A stretch of 51,248 nucleotides of DNA from Armatimonadota bacterium (GCA_034722055.1 JAYENL010000288.1:7242-58489); one strand, 5' to 3'. Numbered from the stretch's first letter, positions 22,694-32,889 are shown. Program-made: numbers and translations. The notes: generated from the letters alone by a model not told the origin.

Positions 22694-23245
22694 ATGGGTA
22701 ACATTGACGAAATAGCAGACGAATCCATGTACGACTGCTGGCAGGCCTTTGAGGTGGCGTGGGGATGGTGTGCGGTGCGGCGGTCGGCGCGGGGCCTGCT
22801 GGTCACGACGTTGCCGGCCGACGACCGGCCGGCGGTGGTCGCACAGGTGCGTGCTGGGGCAGTTGAACAGCCCGATGACGCGATTCTGAGGCGGGCAGCG
22901 TCGCTGCTGACCGAGTACTTCGCCGGGCGGCCCGTGTCATTCGACCTGCCCCTGGACCTGAGGGGGATGGGGCGGTTCAGTGTGCGGGTGCTGGAGGCGT
23001 GCGCGGAGGTGCCGTGGGGGGAGACGCGAACCTATCGGGAGGTGGCGGCGGCAGCGGGCTCGCCGCGTGCGGCGCGGGCGGTGGGACAGGCGCTGGGGCG
23101 CAATCCGTTGCCGATCGTGGTTCCCTGCCACCGGGTCATCGGGGCCCGCGGCGACCTGGTAGGGTTCGGAGCGGGGCTGGAAATCAAGCGCCGTTTGCTG
23201 CGGCTTGAAGGAATATGTGCGGCGGGCTTGGAAAGGGTCCGTTGA
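22694..23245 (+). CDS. ogt: Methylated-DNA-protein-cysteine methyltransferase
   Basis: GETRTY, AARAVGQAL.RNP and active-site PCHRV; GGAGG RBS. Confidence 0.93.
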   Translation: MGNIDEIADESMYDCWQAFEVAWGWCAVRRSARGLLVTTLPADDRPAVVAQVRAGAVEQPDDAILRRAASLLTEYFAGRPVSFDLPLDLRGMGRFSVRVLEACAEVPWGETRTYREVAAAAGSPRAARAVGQALGRNPLPIVVPCHRVIGARGDLVGFGAGLEIKRRLLRLEGICAAGLERVR

Positions 23246-23270
23246 CGGCCGCGGGGCACGCCAGCGCCCA

Positions 23271-23556
23271 ACCGGGCAGCATCCAGATTCGTGTGCCCAG
23301 CGCGAGGGCCGGGGAGCAGACTGTCGGAATCCCGGTGGTAGTCGAGGAGGGGCCGCGTGAGGCTCCAGCGTGGTTTGCTGGAGCCGAAGCCGGCCCGGCC
23401 GTTCGCCGTTCGAAGCAGCGCCTCGCGACGCTGTCTCGTGGGGTCGCGGGCCGGCTTCGTCGCGCATAAAGGGCATGCGCTCCTCAGGCGACCCCTCCGC
23501 GGGCATCGGCGGCGTCAGTACAGAGAACAGGCCCGTGAATCTGGATGCTGCCCAGT
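23271..23556. mobile_element. MITE-like / structured non-coding element with terminal inverted repeats
   Basis: Perfect 17-bp IR GGGCAGCATCCAGATTC (23274-23290) / GAATCTGGATGCTGCCC (23537-23553), extending imperfectly to ~27 bp; several internal hairpins; no clear target-site duplication. Confidence 0.6.
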
Positions 23557-23588
23557 ATCGCGACGTCAGCGGGGGATTCAGGCCGATA

Positions 23589-23615
23589 CCAGGTGCAGCC
23601 GTGATGAGTCGCGAA
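23589..23615 (+). promoter_or_regulatory. Putative sigmaH-like promoter CCAGG-N17-GCGAA
   Basis: Recurrent motif 60 nt upstream of ATG 23676. Confidence 0.5.
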
Positions 23616-23675
23616 CACAAGTGCGCTGGTCACACGCAGCTTGGCTGCGGACGCTCGAGAGGCAGGGACCTGACC

Positions 23676-26159
23676 ATGCGACCGATGATTGTCTGTCTTG
23701 TGGCGCTCCTCGCGGCATTGCCCTGCGCCGCCCAGGTGGATCTCATACGCGACGGGGTGGCCCGCGCGCAGATCGTCCTGTCGGCGGACGCCCACGAGAA
23801 GGTGTTGCTGGCCGCCGAGGAGCTGAACCTGTATCTGGGGAAGATGGCGGGCGCCAGGCTCCCGGTCAACGAGGAGCCGGCGGACGGACCGTACCCGGTC
23901 TACCTGGGGGCTCCCGACGCCCAATGGCGTGAGGAGGCTGAGCTGCGGGCCCTCACCTTCGACGGCTTCGTGGTGGAGTGCACGGGCGAGCGGCTCGTTC
24001 TGGCGGGGAATGTCCCCGAGGGCACACTCAACGCCGTCTACTGGCTGCTCGAGGAGCTGGGGGTGCGCTGGTTCATCCCCACCGAGCTGGGCGAGAACGT
24101 GCCCGAGATGGCCACCGTCACCATCCCTGAGATGCACAGGCGCGTCGAGCCGCGCTTCCCCTGCCGGCGCAACCACGGCATCGATCGCTCGATCCGCGGT
24201 GAGGGCGAGAAGTGGCGGCGGCGGATCCGCATCACCAGCCACGATCTCAATGTGCCCTTCAACCGCTACTCGCACAACCTCTCGCGCATTGTGCGGATCA
24301 GCGAGCACGCGGACGAGCACCCGGAGTACTTCCCCCTCATCAACGGGAAGCGGCGTATCCCCGCACGAGGCCACGGCTGGCAGCCATGCACGACTAATCC
24401 CGAGGTGGTGGCGCTGGCCGTGGAAGCGGCACACCGGTGGTGGGATCAGCACCCCTACGCCAACTACTTCTCGGTGGGGATGAACGACGGGCGGGGCTGG
24501 TGCGAGTGCCAGAAGTGCACCGCGCTGGATGTCCCCGCACACACCTTCCGCGGCCGGGACGTGAAGTCCGAGCGCTATTTCACCTTCGTCAGGGAGGTCG
24601 CGGAGGCCGTGCGGGAGACGCACCCGGACAGGTACATCTCCTGCATCGCATACTCCAGCGTCGAGCCCGTGCCCCGTGGCGTGGACCTGCCCGACAACGT
24701 GCTGGTGGTCATCACCCAGGACGTCGGCGCGTGGCAGGATCCGGAGTACGCCCAACGGGACAGGGAACTCGCCCGCGCGTGGACGGAGGCCGCGGGGGCG
24801 TTGGGGGTCTACAACTACACCAGCCAGATGTGGCTGCTGCCGCGCTTCTATCCGCACATGATGGCCGAAGCCCTGCGCTTCTACGACGAGATCGGCGCCG
24901 TCGCCATCACCAACGAGTCCTGGCCCACCTGGTGGTATTGCGGCCCCATGATGTATCTGCGCGCGAAGCTCATGTGGGACCCTCAGCAGGACCCTGACGC
25001 GGTGCTGGATAAGTACTACTCCGGCTTCTTCGGCCCTGCGCGGGAGCCAATGAAGCGCCTCTACGAGCGCTTTGAGGAGTGCATGATGACCGAACGGGAG
25101 GGCCGATGGTTCTACGGCATCAGCTCGGTGCCGGAGCAGATCGCGCTGTGGACACCCGAGCGCCTGGAGGCCAGCATCGCGGATCTCGAGGAGGCCCGGC
25201 GTCTCGCTGACGCGGAGCCCTACGATGCGCGAGTCCAGTTCGTCGCGGAGGGCTTCGCGCTGGCGGAGGCGATCCTCCGCGAGTACTGGCAGGCCGAGCG
25301 GGTGCGCGAGATGGCGAGCACCGGCGGCGTGGACACGAGCGCGCTGCTCGATGAGCTTGAGAGACTGGTGCGGCTGACGGCGCGGCGCGAGGCCATCTTC
25401 GATGAGGTCATGCAGGACGAGCTGCTGTCGGGTATCTACCACCGGCTCGTGGAGGAGCGGGGCGGGCGCCTCAACTCCTGGAAGGGTGACATCAACTCCG
25501 CGTTCGGGAGGGCCCTCGCGACGTTATACTCCCGCGGGGGCGAGGAGCTCGGAGAGCGTCTGCAGCGGATCGCGGCGGAGGCCGATGAGAGCGTGGCCGG
25601 GCAGTTTCGGGCCCTGGCCTGGATCATCGACAACCCTGGCGCTCCGAACCTGTGCCCGAACCCGGGATTCGAGGAGACCGAGGGAGACGCGCCCGAGGGC
25701 GTGGACTGGGTGACCGCGAACGCGCCGCCCGGCTGGTCGAAGTGGTCGATCGAGAGCCGGACCGACCGGATCACCTGGGAGCAAGAGGGCGGCCGCACGG
25801 AGCCACGCTGCGGCCGGATCAGCGGCGCCAGGCTCAGCACCTTCATCGCCAGCATACCAGTCCAGCCGGGAGAGCGCTACTACACCTGCATCTGGGTGAG
25901 GAGCACCGGATCAGACCAGCAGAGCCCCAGACTCGCGATCAAGTGGCAGGCCGCGGAGGGGGGCTGGGTTCGCGCTGACAGCGCGGTGACCGTCTCGGGT
26001 GAGGGCGGCGCCGGGCGGTGGCAACTCCTCGGCGTGGTGGTCGAGGTCCCCGAGGGAGCAGGACGGCTCATCATGCTCCCACGCGCGGCAGACCAGCAGG
26101 AGGGCGACGTCGTGCTGTTCGACGATGCCCGGGTCATCCGCCTGCCGGACGACCTGTGA
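23676..26159 (+). CDS. Secreted DUF4838-like protein with N-terminal GH20/GH67-type domain and C-terminal CBM-like domain
   Basis: Signal peptide MRPMIVCLVALLAALPCAA; GTLNAVYWLLEELGVRWF; HPEYFPLING; QPCTTNPEV; NDG.GWCEC..C; YLRAKLMWDP; NLCPNPGFEE CBM start. Confidence 0.8.
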   Translation: MRPMIVCLVALLAALPCAAQVDLIRDGVARAQIVLSADAHEKVLLAAEELNLYLGKMAGARLPVNEEPADGPYPVYLGAPDAQWREEAELRALTFDGFVVECTGERLVLAGNVPEGTLNAVYWLLEELGVRWFIPTELGENVPEMATVTIPEMHRRVEPRFPCRRNHGIDRSIRGEGEKWRRRIRITSHDLNVPFNRYSHNLSRIVRISEHADEHPEYFPLINGKRRIPARGHGWQPCTTNPEVVALAVEAAHRWWDQHPYANYFSVGMNDGRGWCECQKCTALDVPAHTFRGRDVKSERYFTFVREVAEAVRETHPDRYISCIAYSSVEPVPRGVDLPDNVLVVITQDVGAWQDPEYAQRDRELARAWTEAAGALGVYNYTSQMWLLPRFYPHMMAEALRFYDEIGAVAITNESWPTWWYCGPMMYLRAKLMWDPQQDPDAVLDKYYSGFFGPAREPMKRLYERFEECMMTEREGRWFYGISSVPEQIALWTPERLEASIADLEEARRLADAEPYDARVQFVAEGFALAEAILREYWQAERVREMASTGGVDTSALLDELERLVRLTARREAIFDEVMQDELLSGIYHRLVEERGGRLNSWKGDINSAFGRALATLYSRGGEELGERLQRIAAEADESVAGQFRALAWIIDNPGAPNLCPNPGFEETEGDAPEGVDWVTANAPPGWSKWSIESRTDRITWEQEGGRTEPRCGRISGARLSTFIASIPVQPGERYYTCIWVRSTGSDQQSPRLAIKWQAAEGGWVRADSAVTVSGEGGAGRWQLLGVVVEVPEGAGRLIMLPRAADQQEGDVVLFDDARVIRLPDDL

Positions 26160-26263
26160 GGTCAGCGGCGGAGGCGTGATGAGTGTGCGATGATGCACTC
26201 GCGCCTGACCGCTGCCCCATCCAGGGCCGCAGCCATGCTGGTGACGGCCGTGGCGGCGGGAGC

Positions 26264-26590
26264 CTACTCCTCGCCCCCGCGGGCGCGCAGCAGATCGGCC
26301 AGCTCGGCGTAATCGCTCTCCAGCGCCAGAGCCAGGGGCGTTGCCCCGTCGGCGTCGCGGGCGTTGATGTCCGCGCCAGCGTCCAGAAGCGCCGTGGCGA
26401 TGGCCACACGGGCAGCGCTGCGCAGCGCCTGCTCCTCGGGGATGTCGTTGGGGTCCGCGCCCTCATCCAGGAGCTGCCTGACCTGCTCGATGTCACCCTC
26501 GCTGGCCGCCTGATGGATGTCGGCCTGCGCCACCACAGTGCCGACGGCGGTCAGCACCACTGCCAGCGCCAGATTCGCGGCGGTTCGCAT
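26264..26590 (-). CDS. Small secreted ankyrin-repeat protein
   Basis: Signal peptide; IHQAASEGD, GADPN, GADINARDADGATPLALA, LLRARGG; GGAGG RBS. Confidence 0.85.
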   Translation of the reverse strand: MRTAANLALAVVLTAVGTVVAQADIHQAASEGDIEQVRQLLDEGADPNDIPEEQALRSAARVAIATALLDAGADINARDADGATPLALALESDYAELADLLRARGGEE

Positions 26591-26668
26591 CGCCGAATGC
26601 CTCCCTTCGTGACCGTATCACGCGCGGATGTCACGCTGCCGACGGGGTACCTCGTCTCAGTGCTGACA

Positions 26669-26695
26669 TTCCTCGCTGCATAGCAGACGCCCTCC
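26669..26695 (-). promoter_or_regulatory. Putative sigmaH-like promoter GGAGG-N17-AGGAA(T)
   Basis: AGG-N19-GAAT about 80 nt upstream of the ankyrin gene. Confidence 0.4.
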
Positions 26696-26787
26696 GAGGG
26701 CAGAGTCACTAGAGGTCATCTCTGGCCGGCCGGCAAAATGTCCAGAGCCCCGGCATGCGGTCAGCCAGTGCGGCGAGGTGTGACATC

Positions 26788-27768
26788 ATGAGGACAGCGC
26801 CAACGGTCGCGGTGGCACTTATCCTCACAGTCCCGGTGAGGCCCGTGGACGCAAGCTCTCTGCTGTATCCGTGCTTCCGCGCGGATGCTCCCCCCGTCAT
26901 CGACGGAGAGAGGGACGACCCTTGCTGGCAGAGCAGGCCCCTCGCCACCGGCTTCTCGGTCCTCGGGGATGGATTCACGGAGGACAAGCAGACAGCGTTC
27001 AGGGCCTGCTGGGACGAGAGTGCTCTGTACTTCCTCATAGTATGCGAGGAGCCCGATGTGGGCCACCTCACGACGGACGTCCGCGATGGGGGACCCGCCT
27101 GGCTCAACGACGGCGTGGAGATCTTCCTGCAGCCCAGCGACGGCGGTCAGGTCTACCAGTTCGTTGTCACGGCCGCCGCCGCGAGAGCCACCGGGGCCGG
27201 GGCCGCGGACTTTCGCAAGGTTGAGGCAGCGGCCGGCACCGAAGAGACGTCGTATGCGCTGGAGATCGCCATCCCGCACGGGCTGGTGCGGGCGGAGCCC
27301 AGCGTGGGGGACACCTGGGGCGGGAACGTCTGCCGCAACATCTGGACCACGATCTCCGGCGGGGACAAGTTCACGTGCTGGGCCCCGCTGCAGCGGCAGT
27401 TCCTGGAGCCGCAGAACTTCGCGGTGATGCAGCTCCGCGGCGTGCCCCCGGCGGACGAGACGCTGGCGGCCATCACCAGGGACCTCAACCGGCGGTACCG
27501 CGAGCATCTCGTCGCACAGCTTCAGGGAGTTGCTGCACAGGCCCCCCGCTACCTGGCGGTCCTGGAACGGGCGCGCGATAGCGAGGACTTCGCCGGCAGC
27601 GCCCGGCGGCTGTGCTATGGGTGGTACAGGATGAGGCGCATGCAGCGGAGCTCGGAGAGGTACTCCATCCAGGACCTGCGAGAGATGGTCCAGACCGCCG
27701 AGGAGCTGCTGGCGGCGTCCTACGAGCTCAAGTACGCGTACCTGATCGCGGGGCTGTTTCCGGACTGA
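26788..27768 (+). CDS. Secreted CBM9/DOMON-like sugar-binding protein with helical C-terminal tail
   Basis: PPVIDGERDDPCW, WDESALYF, DGVEIFL, YALEIAIP, WGGNVCRN. Confidence 0.75.
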   Translation: MRTAPTVAVALILTVPVRPVDASSLLYPCFRADAPPVIDGERDDPCWQSRPLATGFSVLGDGFTEDKQTAFRACWDESALYFLIVCEEPDVGHLTTDVRDGGPAWLNDGVEIFLQPSDGGQVYQFVVTAAAARATGAGAADFRKVEAAAGTEETSYALEIAIPHGLVRAEPSVGDTWGGNVCRNIWTTISGGDKFTCWAPLQRQFLEPQNFAVMQLRGVPPADETLAAITRDLNRRYREHLVAQLQGVAAQAPRYLAVLERARDSEDFAGSARRLCYGWYRMRRMQRSSERYSIQDLREMVQTAEELLAASYELKYAYLIAGLFPD

Positions 27769-27883
27769 GGGTGCAGAAGAGATCATCGACGGCTCAGCCC
27801 GAGCCATCGGCATATACAGTGACCAGCCCGTGCGACGGATGCGCGCGAGGTATCGTTGAGCCGCCCGAGGGAGTGTCCGGACA

Positions 27884-30800
27884 ATGAAGGCACGGACGCC
27901 GGCGCTGGTGTTGTGCGTTTCCATCCTACTGGGGGCCTGCAGCGCGCCGCTGGGGGCCGCGACCACTGCCGAGGAGGTCGAGGAGGCCAGCTCGCTCGAA
28001 TCCGATCTGGTGACTCCGCACAAGCCGTGGGGGAGGGACTACGTGGGCGGACCCGTTCGGGCTCTCTTCTTCGTCTACACGGGCCCCTACGAGGGCGAGT
28101 GGGAGAACCCCCAGACGAGAGTACGCGAAGTCGTGGAGCTGGGCCAGAGGTTCGATCTCGACGCCGACGCGGTGCTGTTCTGCGGCCGGGGGGAGACGTG
28201 GGTCTTCCATGGCCTGCAGCTCGGCGAACGGCGCGCGCGGCGCCTCCTGGAGAGAAGCTATGACCTCTACGTCATCGCCGGCTTTCCCATGGAGAAGCTG
28301 CCGGCCGAGTTCCAGTACCTGATCCTGAAACAGGTCGCGGAGGGGGCGGGCCTGCTGTGTTGTGGCCCCGGAGCCGGGGAGTACATGGTCCCGCGCCGGG
28401 AGATCACCCCCACCCCGGCCTTCCTGACCGCGGGAATCCCCCCGCTCGACGACAAGGCCGCGGACGAGCTGGTCTCGGCCTACCGGCTGGCCGACGGCCG
28501 CGGCGTGCGGCTCAAGTACGGCACGCAGTCCCTGACCCCGAGGCCGGCCTTCACCCTGGAGGCCGTGGCGACCTACGACTACTGGATGCTTCTGGTCGGG
28601 CGCGCGGCCCTCTGGGCGGCATCACGAGAGGGGGACGTCACTGTCGATCGCGTCTTCGGCGAACAGGCCCTGACCGTGGATCGCTCCGACCCGGACCTCG
28701 CCGGAGAGGTCGCCATCGCCAACGCCTCGGACCGCACCGTCCAGGCCCGCGTCAGCTTCGAGGCACGCCGGAAGTCCGATGGCGCCACGACCGACCTGGG
28801 CGAGCAGGCGGTCTCACTTCCCCCAGGAGAGAGCACGGTGCTGAGCGTGCCGCTGCCACCGCTGAGGGCCGGAGACTACTTCGTGGACGCGATCGTCAGC
28901 AGCGGAGATGGCGTGGAGGCTTTCGGGGCGGGAGCGCTTACCATCGAGAGCCGGTTCGGGATCGAGGAGGTCACAGTTGACCGCAGCTTCGTCGAGCGGG
29001 GAGAGACTATCGGCGGGACGGTCTCGCTTCGGGGCAAGCTCCCTGACGACAGCGAGCTCACCATCAGGCTGCGCGACTGCTACGACCGGATCGTGCGGCA
29101 GCGGGACGTGTCCCCCGTGGCCGGTCAGGATGAGTACAGCTTCCAGTACCGGGCTGATGACCTGTGGACCAACTGGATGCGCGTCGAGGCCCTCGTTCTC
29201 AGCGGCGGTGAGGAGGTGGAGCTGAAGCAGGCGTCATTCAGCGTGCCCGTGCGGCGACAGGGGCAGTTCAACTTCGTCATGTGGGATGCGCCGATGGACG
29301 TGCTGGGGGTCTATGGCTGGAGGCAGATGCAGCAGGTAGGCTACGACGTGTCGCTGCTGGGTAGCATGGGGGCCGAGCCCCGCGCCAAGCCCGGCACGCT
29401 GCAGGCCTGCAACGCCACTGTGGCCCCCTACAGCACGCGCATCCTGGACCCCAAGGACGAGAATGGCTACATGGAGCCGGTGTGCTGGAACGACGAGCCG
29501 GAGGTGACCGAGCACGTCCAGAGCATCGTGGACGGCCAGCGGCTGCTGCGCGAGCATGGCATCTTCGTCTACTCCCTCGGCGACGAGGGCGTCACCAAGG
29601 GCTGCTGCGTGCACCCCGAGTGTATCGAGGCCTACCGGCGCTATCTGGCCGATCAGTACGAGAGCATCGACAGGCTCAACGAGTCGTGGGGCAGCGACTA
29701 CGCGTCCTTCGACGAGGTGGATCTGCTGGATCGCAGCGACAACATGGAGAACGCCGCGCGCGAGACGTGCCCGCCGCGGTGGTACGATCGCCAGGCCTTC
29801 GCACGCTACAACCTGGCGCAGTACACGGCGCGCTTCGGCGAGGCCTACCGGGAGCTCGATCCGCTGTCGAAGACCGGCTTCGAGGGTACCGGCGGCTTCG
29901 GCGATGACTATGATGCCATCCTGGGCAACAACGACTTCTACGGGCCGTACCCCAGCATCGGTGATGACATCATCCGGTCGGCGGCCCCGCCGGAGCTGGT
30001 GAACTCCAACTGGATGGGCTACTCCAAGACCGGGGACGCCCTGTCCGACGCCGCCTGGCGGATGGTCATGAAGGGCAAGAACAGCATATGGTTCTGGATG
30101 TGGGCGGGCATCGGCAGCTTCCGCGGCTACCTGCGCCCGACGCTGGACCTGTGGCCGGCGACGGAGGACCTGTCCGAGGAGATGCGACCGGTGCGCCAGG
30201 GCCTGGGGGACCTGCTGATGCGCTCGCAGGTGAGTCACAGCGGCATCGGCATCCTCTACTCGCTGCCGTCGGCGCTCTCGTCGCAGCTCGGGAACAGCGG
30301 AGAGTTCATCCCGGCGAAGACCACGCACGAGATCTGGACGCAGCTCACCTACGAGCTGGGGCTGGATGTGCGCTATATCACCGAGCGGATGCTGGCCGAC
30401 GGCGTGCTCGACACCGATGAGTTCAGCGTCCTGCTTCTGCCGATGACTCAGGCGCTCAGCCCCGAGCAGGCCGAGCTGATTCGCGGCTTCACCGAGGCGG
30501 GCGGCACGGTCATCGCCGACGTGCGCCCCGGCATCTTCGATGGGCACTGCAAGCCGGTGATGCCCGGGCTGCTCGACGACCTCTTCGGCATCAGCCGCAC
30601 CGGCCGAGGGAGCGCCAGCGAGACGGCCCTGGCTGTCGATGACTTGTGGGATGGCACGGAGGCGAACCTGCGCCTGCCGAAGGTTCGCCTGGACACTGAG
30701 GTGGAGGCGGCGACGGCGGAGGCGGCGGCTTTCGTCGAGCACGCCCCGGTTCTGCTGGCCAACTCCGTGGGCGACGGCCGCACCATACTGCTGAACTTCC

Positions 30801-31474
30801 AGCTCACCAGCGCCAGCGACGGGGAGCCCGGAACCGCCGCCGCCCGGCGGCTCCTGCAGCTTCTCTACGACATGGCCGGCGCCCGCAGCGCCATCGAGGT
30901 GGCCTCCCCGTCCGGGCAGCCCCTCCCCGTGACGGAGACGCGCGTCTGGTCGAACGGCGATGCGCTCGTCTTCGGACTCTGGAGGCAGATGCAGAATGCC
31001 TGGTTCAACCCCAAGACCGGCACCCTCGCGGGGGAGCCGGTGGCGGCCCGCGTTCAGCTTCCGTCCGCAATGCACCTGTATGATCTGCGCGCCGGGAGGT
31101 ATCTGGGCACTGTGGAGCGGGTGGACACCAGGCTGCGCTGGGGCCGCGCAAGCTTCTTCATGGCGCTGCCCTACGAGATTCCGCAGCCGGTGGTGAGGCT
31201 TGAGCCGCGGGATCCTGCTCCGGGCGATGCGCTGACCGCCTCGATCACCATGGACCTGCCCGGCGCGGCCGAGGAGCGGCTCGCGGTGTGGACGGAGGTC
31301 ATCGACCCGAACGGCGACAGCCCGCTGTGGGGGCAGCAGGTGGCGGTGCTCGACGGCGGCAGGGCGCAGGTGCGGGTGCAGGTTGCGCACAACGATTTGC
31401 CCGGGACATGGCGCATACGAGCCACGGAGCTGTTCAGCGGCAAGTCGGCGGAGGCGGGCTGGGAGGTTCGGTAG
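27884..31474 (+). CDS. Secreted GH42 beta-galactosidase-like protein with trimerisation-type domain and Ig-like domains
   Basis: YSLGDE, YRRYLADQYESIDRLNESWGSDYASFDEV, VLLLP...GGTVIADVRPG.FD; C-terminal HNDLPGTWRIRATELFSG. Confidence 0.7.
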   Translation: MKARTPALVLCVSILLGACSAPLGAATTAEEVEEASSLESDLVTPHKPWGRDYVGGPVRALFFVYTGPYEGEWENPQTRVREVVELGQRFDLDADAVLFCGRGETWVFHGLQLGERRARRLLERSYDLYVIAGFPMEKLPAEFQYLILKQVAEGAGLLCCGPGAGEYMVPRREITPTPAFLTAGIPPLDDKAADELVSAYRLADGRGVRLKYGTQSLTPRPAFTLEAVATYDYWMLLVGRAALWAASREGDVTVDRVFGEQALTVDRSDPDLAGEVAIANASDRTVQARVSFEARRKSDGATTDLGEQAVSLPPGESTVLSVPLPPLRAGDYFVDAIVSSGDGVEAFGAGALTIESRFGIEEVTVDRSFVERGETIGGTVSLRGKLPDDSELTIRLRDCYDRIVRQRDVSPVAGQDEYSFQYRADDLWTNWMRVEALVLSGGEEVELKQASFSVPVRRQGQFNFVMWDAPMDVLGVYGWRQMQQVGYDVSLLGSMGAEPRAKPGTLQACNATVAPYSTRILDPKDENGYMEPVCWNDEPEVTEHVQSIVDGQRLLREHGIFVYSLGDEGVTKGCCVHPECIEAYRRYLADQYESIDRLNESWGSDYASFDEVDLLDRSDNMENAARETCPPRWYDRQAFARYNLAQYTARFGEAYRELDPLSKTGFEGTGGFGDDYDAILGNNDFYGPYPSIGDDIIRSAAPPELVNSNWMGYSKTGDALSDAAWRMVMKGKNSIWFWMWAGIGSFRGYLRPTLDLWPATEDLSEEMRPVRQGLGDLLMRSQVSHSGIGILYSLPSALSSQLGNSGEFIPAKTTHEIWTQLTYELGLDVRYITERMLADGVLDTDEFSVLLLPMTQALSPEQAELIRGFTEAGGTVIADVRPGIFDGHCKPVMPGLLDDLFGISRTGRGSASETALAVDDLWDGTEANLRLPKVRLDTEVEAATAEAAAFVEHAPVLLANSVGDGRTILLNFQLTSASDGEPGTAAARRLLQLLYDMAGARSAIEVASPSGQPLPVTETRVWSNGDALVFGLWRQMQNAWFNPKTGTLAGEPVAARVQLPSAMHLYDLRAGRYLGTVERVDTRLRWGRASFFMALPYEIPQPVVRLEPRDPAPGDALTASITMDLPGAAEERLAVWTEVIDPNGDSPLWGQQVAVLDGGRAQVRVQVAHNDLPGTWRIRATELFSGKSAEAGWEVR

Positions 31475-31519
31475 GCACGCATGCCGATTCCGGACGAGAG
31501 CGGTATCGGAGGCAGCAGC

Positions 31520-32686
31520 ATGGATCGTTTCCTGACGGTCGCGCTGGCGTGCATGCTGATGGGCGCAATCGGCCATGCCGGGGCGGATGATGCGCAGCGG
31601 CAGGTGACCGTGCATAACCCGGGCCCGAAAGTGAACCGGGCCACCTGGGAGTGCACCCCCGGCCACGAGATACGCAGGCAGCAGATCACGCTGGATTCGG
31701 GCGTGAGGTCCTACATGATCCAACTCCAGGGCTGTCTGGACCCCAGCCACGGCGATCAGCACCCCTGCAACGAGGGCACCTTCGGGATGCCCGCTCCCAG
31801 CAGGGCGAACTGGTACTGGGGCGGGTTCATGGAGATACTCATCAACGGGGTCAACGCCACGCTCTATCAGAAGGAGCTGCCCCGGGTGCTGGAGACCGGC
31901 GACCGCGGCGTCGTCCAGCTTCAGTGGGCGCACCCGGCGGCGGCCGTCGGGCTGCGGCTGATGATGCTCCCCGGCGGGAACCATCTGCTGGCGCATCTGC
32001 AGTGGCGCCCGCGTGAGGATGACGCCGTCGAGACCGTCGCTCTCAGCCTCACCTGCTACCCCAGCTTCTTCACCGCCGCCCGCAACCGCAGCGGGGACCG
32101 GCGGTGCAGGACGCCCCGGACCGAGGCGCGGGAGGGAGAGACCCTGGAGCTGGTCCCCGGGCAGGACACGTGGCTGTACTACTACGACACCGTCTTTGAC
32201 GTGGCGAACGGGGAGGGCGATGGTCCATGCGCCGCGCTGCTTGCCCCAGCCGGCGTCACAGGCGGTCACGTCACCGTGGGCGGATACGCGGTGACGACCT
32301 CGGTGAACCTGGAGCCGGACGAGGGGCAGGCCCGCCTGGGCTTCTACGACTTCACCGGGATGACCAACGCCGAGGCGGAGCAGTACATGCAGCAGCATGC
32401 AGCGGAGGACCTTGCCCGGCTCACCGGAATGACCTTCCGACCCCAGCCCGTCCGGGAGCTTGACCTCGCGACCTTCACGGCGGAGACCACCCGGCTGCTG
32501 GAGGCGGCGGGCCAGGACGGGGATGCTATCCGGCCGGAGGTCGAGGATCTCCTGCAGCGCGTGACTGAGCTGAAGCCGAGGGCGGATGCGGGCGACTGGA
32601 CGGCGGAGGCCGAGCTGGCAGAGCTTCTGCAGACCTCGTCGGACCTGGTCTGGAAGCTGAAGGCATTCGCGGTGCTCAACAGGTAG
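31520..32686 (+). CDS. Secreted hypothetical protein (beta-sandwich plus helical tail)
   Basis: GGAGG RBS, signal peptide MDRFLTVALACMLMGAIGHA, host-like codon usage, co-oriented with the upstream genes. Confidence 0.8.
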   Translation: MDRFLTVALACMLMGAIGHAGADDAQRQVTVHNPGPKVNRATWECTPGHEIRRQQITLDSGVRSYMIQLQGCLDPSHGDQHPCNEGTFGMPAPSRANWYWGGFMEILINGVNATLYQKELPRVLETGDRGVVQLQWAHPAAAVGLRLMMLPGGNHLLAHLQWRPREDDAVETVALSLTCYPSFFTAARNRSGDRRCRTPRTEAREGETLELVPGQDTWLYYYDTVFDVANGEGDGPCAALLAPAGVTGGHVTVGGYAVTTSVNLEPDEGQARLGFYDFTGMTNAEAEQYMQQHAAEDLARLTGMTFRPQPVRELDLATFTAETTRLLEAAGQDGDAIRPEVEDLLQRVTELKPRADAGDWTAEAELAELLQTSSDLVWKLKAFAVLNR

Positions 32687-32699
32687 CTGGAGCCGGCCG

Positions 32700-32721
32700 C
32701 CATTCTGGGATCCCAGAATGG
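32700..32721. other. Perfect 22-bp palindrome CCATTCTGGGATCCCAGAATGG between convergent genes
   Basis: Identical to its own reverse complement; 13 nt after the stop at 32686; could be a terminator hairpin or a binding site. Confidence 0.6.
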
Positions 32722-32784
32722 GTCCCTCCACCTCTTCACCACCATCCGGTGGCGGGCCCATGCCTGAACCATCGAAGAGTGTGG

Positions 32785-32889
32785 TCAGCTTGCCACGTGC
32801 ACGCTGCGGCGATCTCCTGCTGACTGCAGCGCGGCCTCGACGAACGCAATGATCTCGAGCGTCTCACGCATGTTAACAGGCGATTGCGG
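32785..32889 (-). pseudogene. Orphan C-terminal fragment resembling a Gfo/Idh/MocA oxidoreductase
   Basis: Translates PQSPVNMRETLEIIAFVEAALQSAGDRRSVHVAS*, recalling the P-V-x-x-x-ETLEIIAF-x-EAA terminal helix of that family. Confidence 0.5.
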
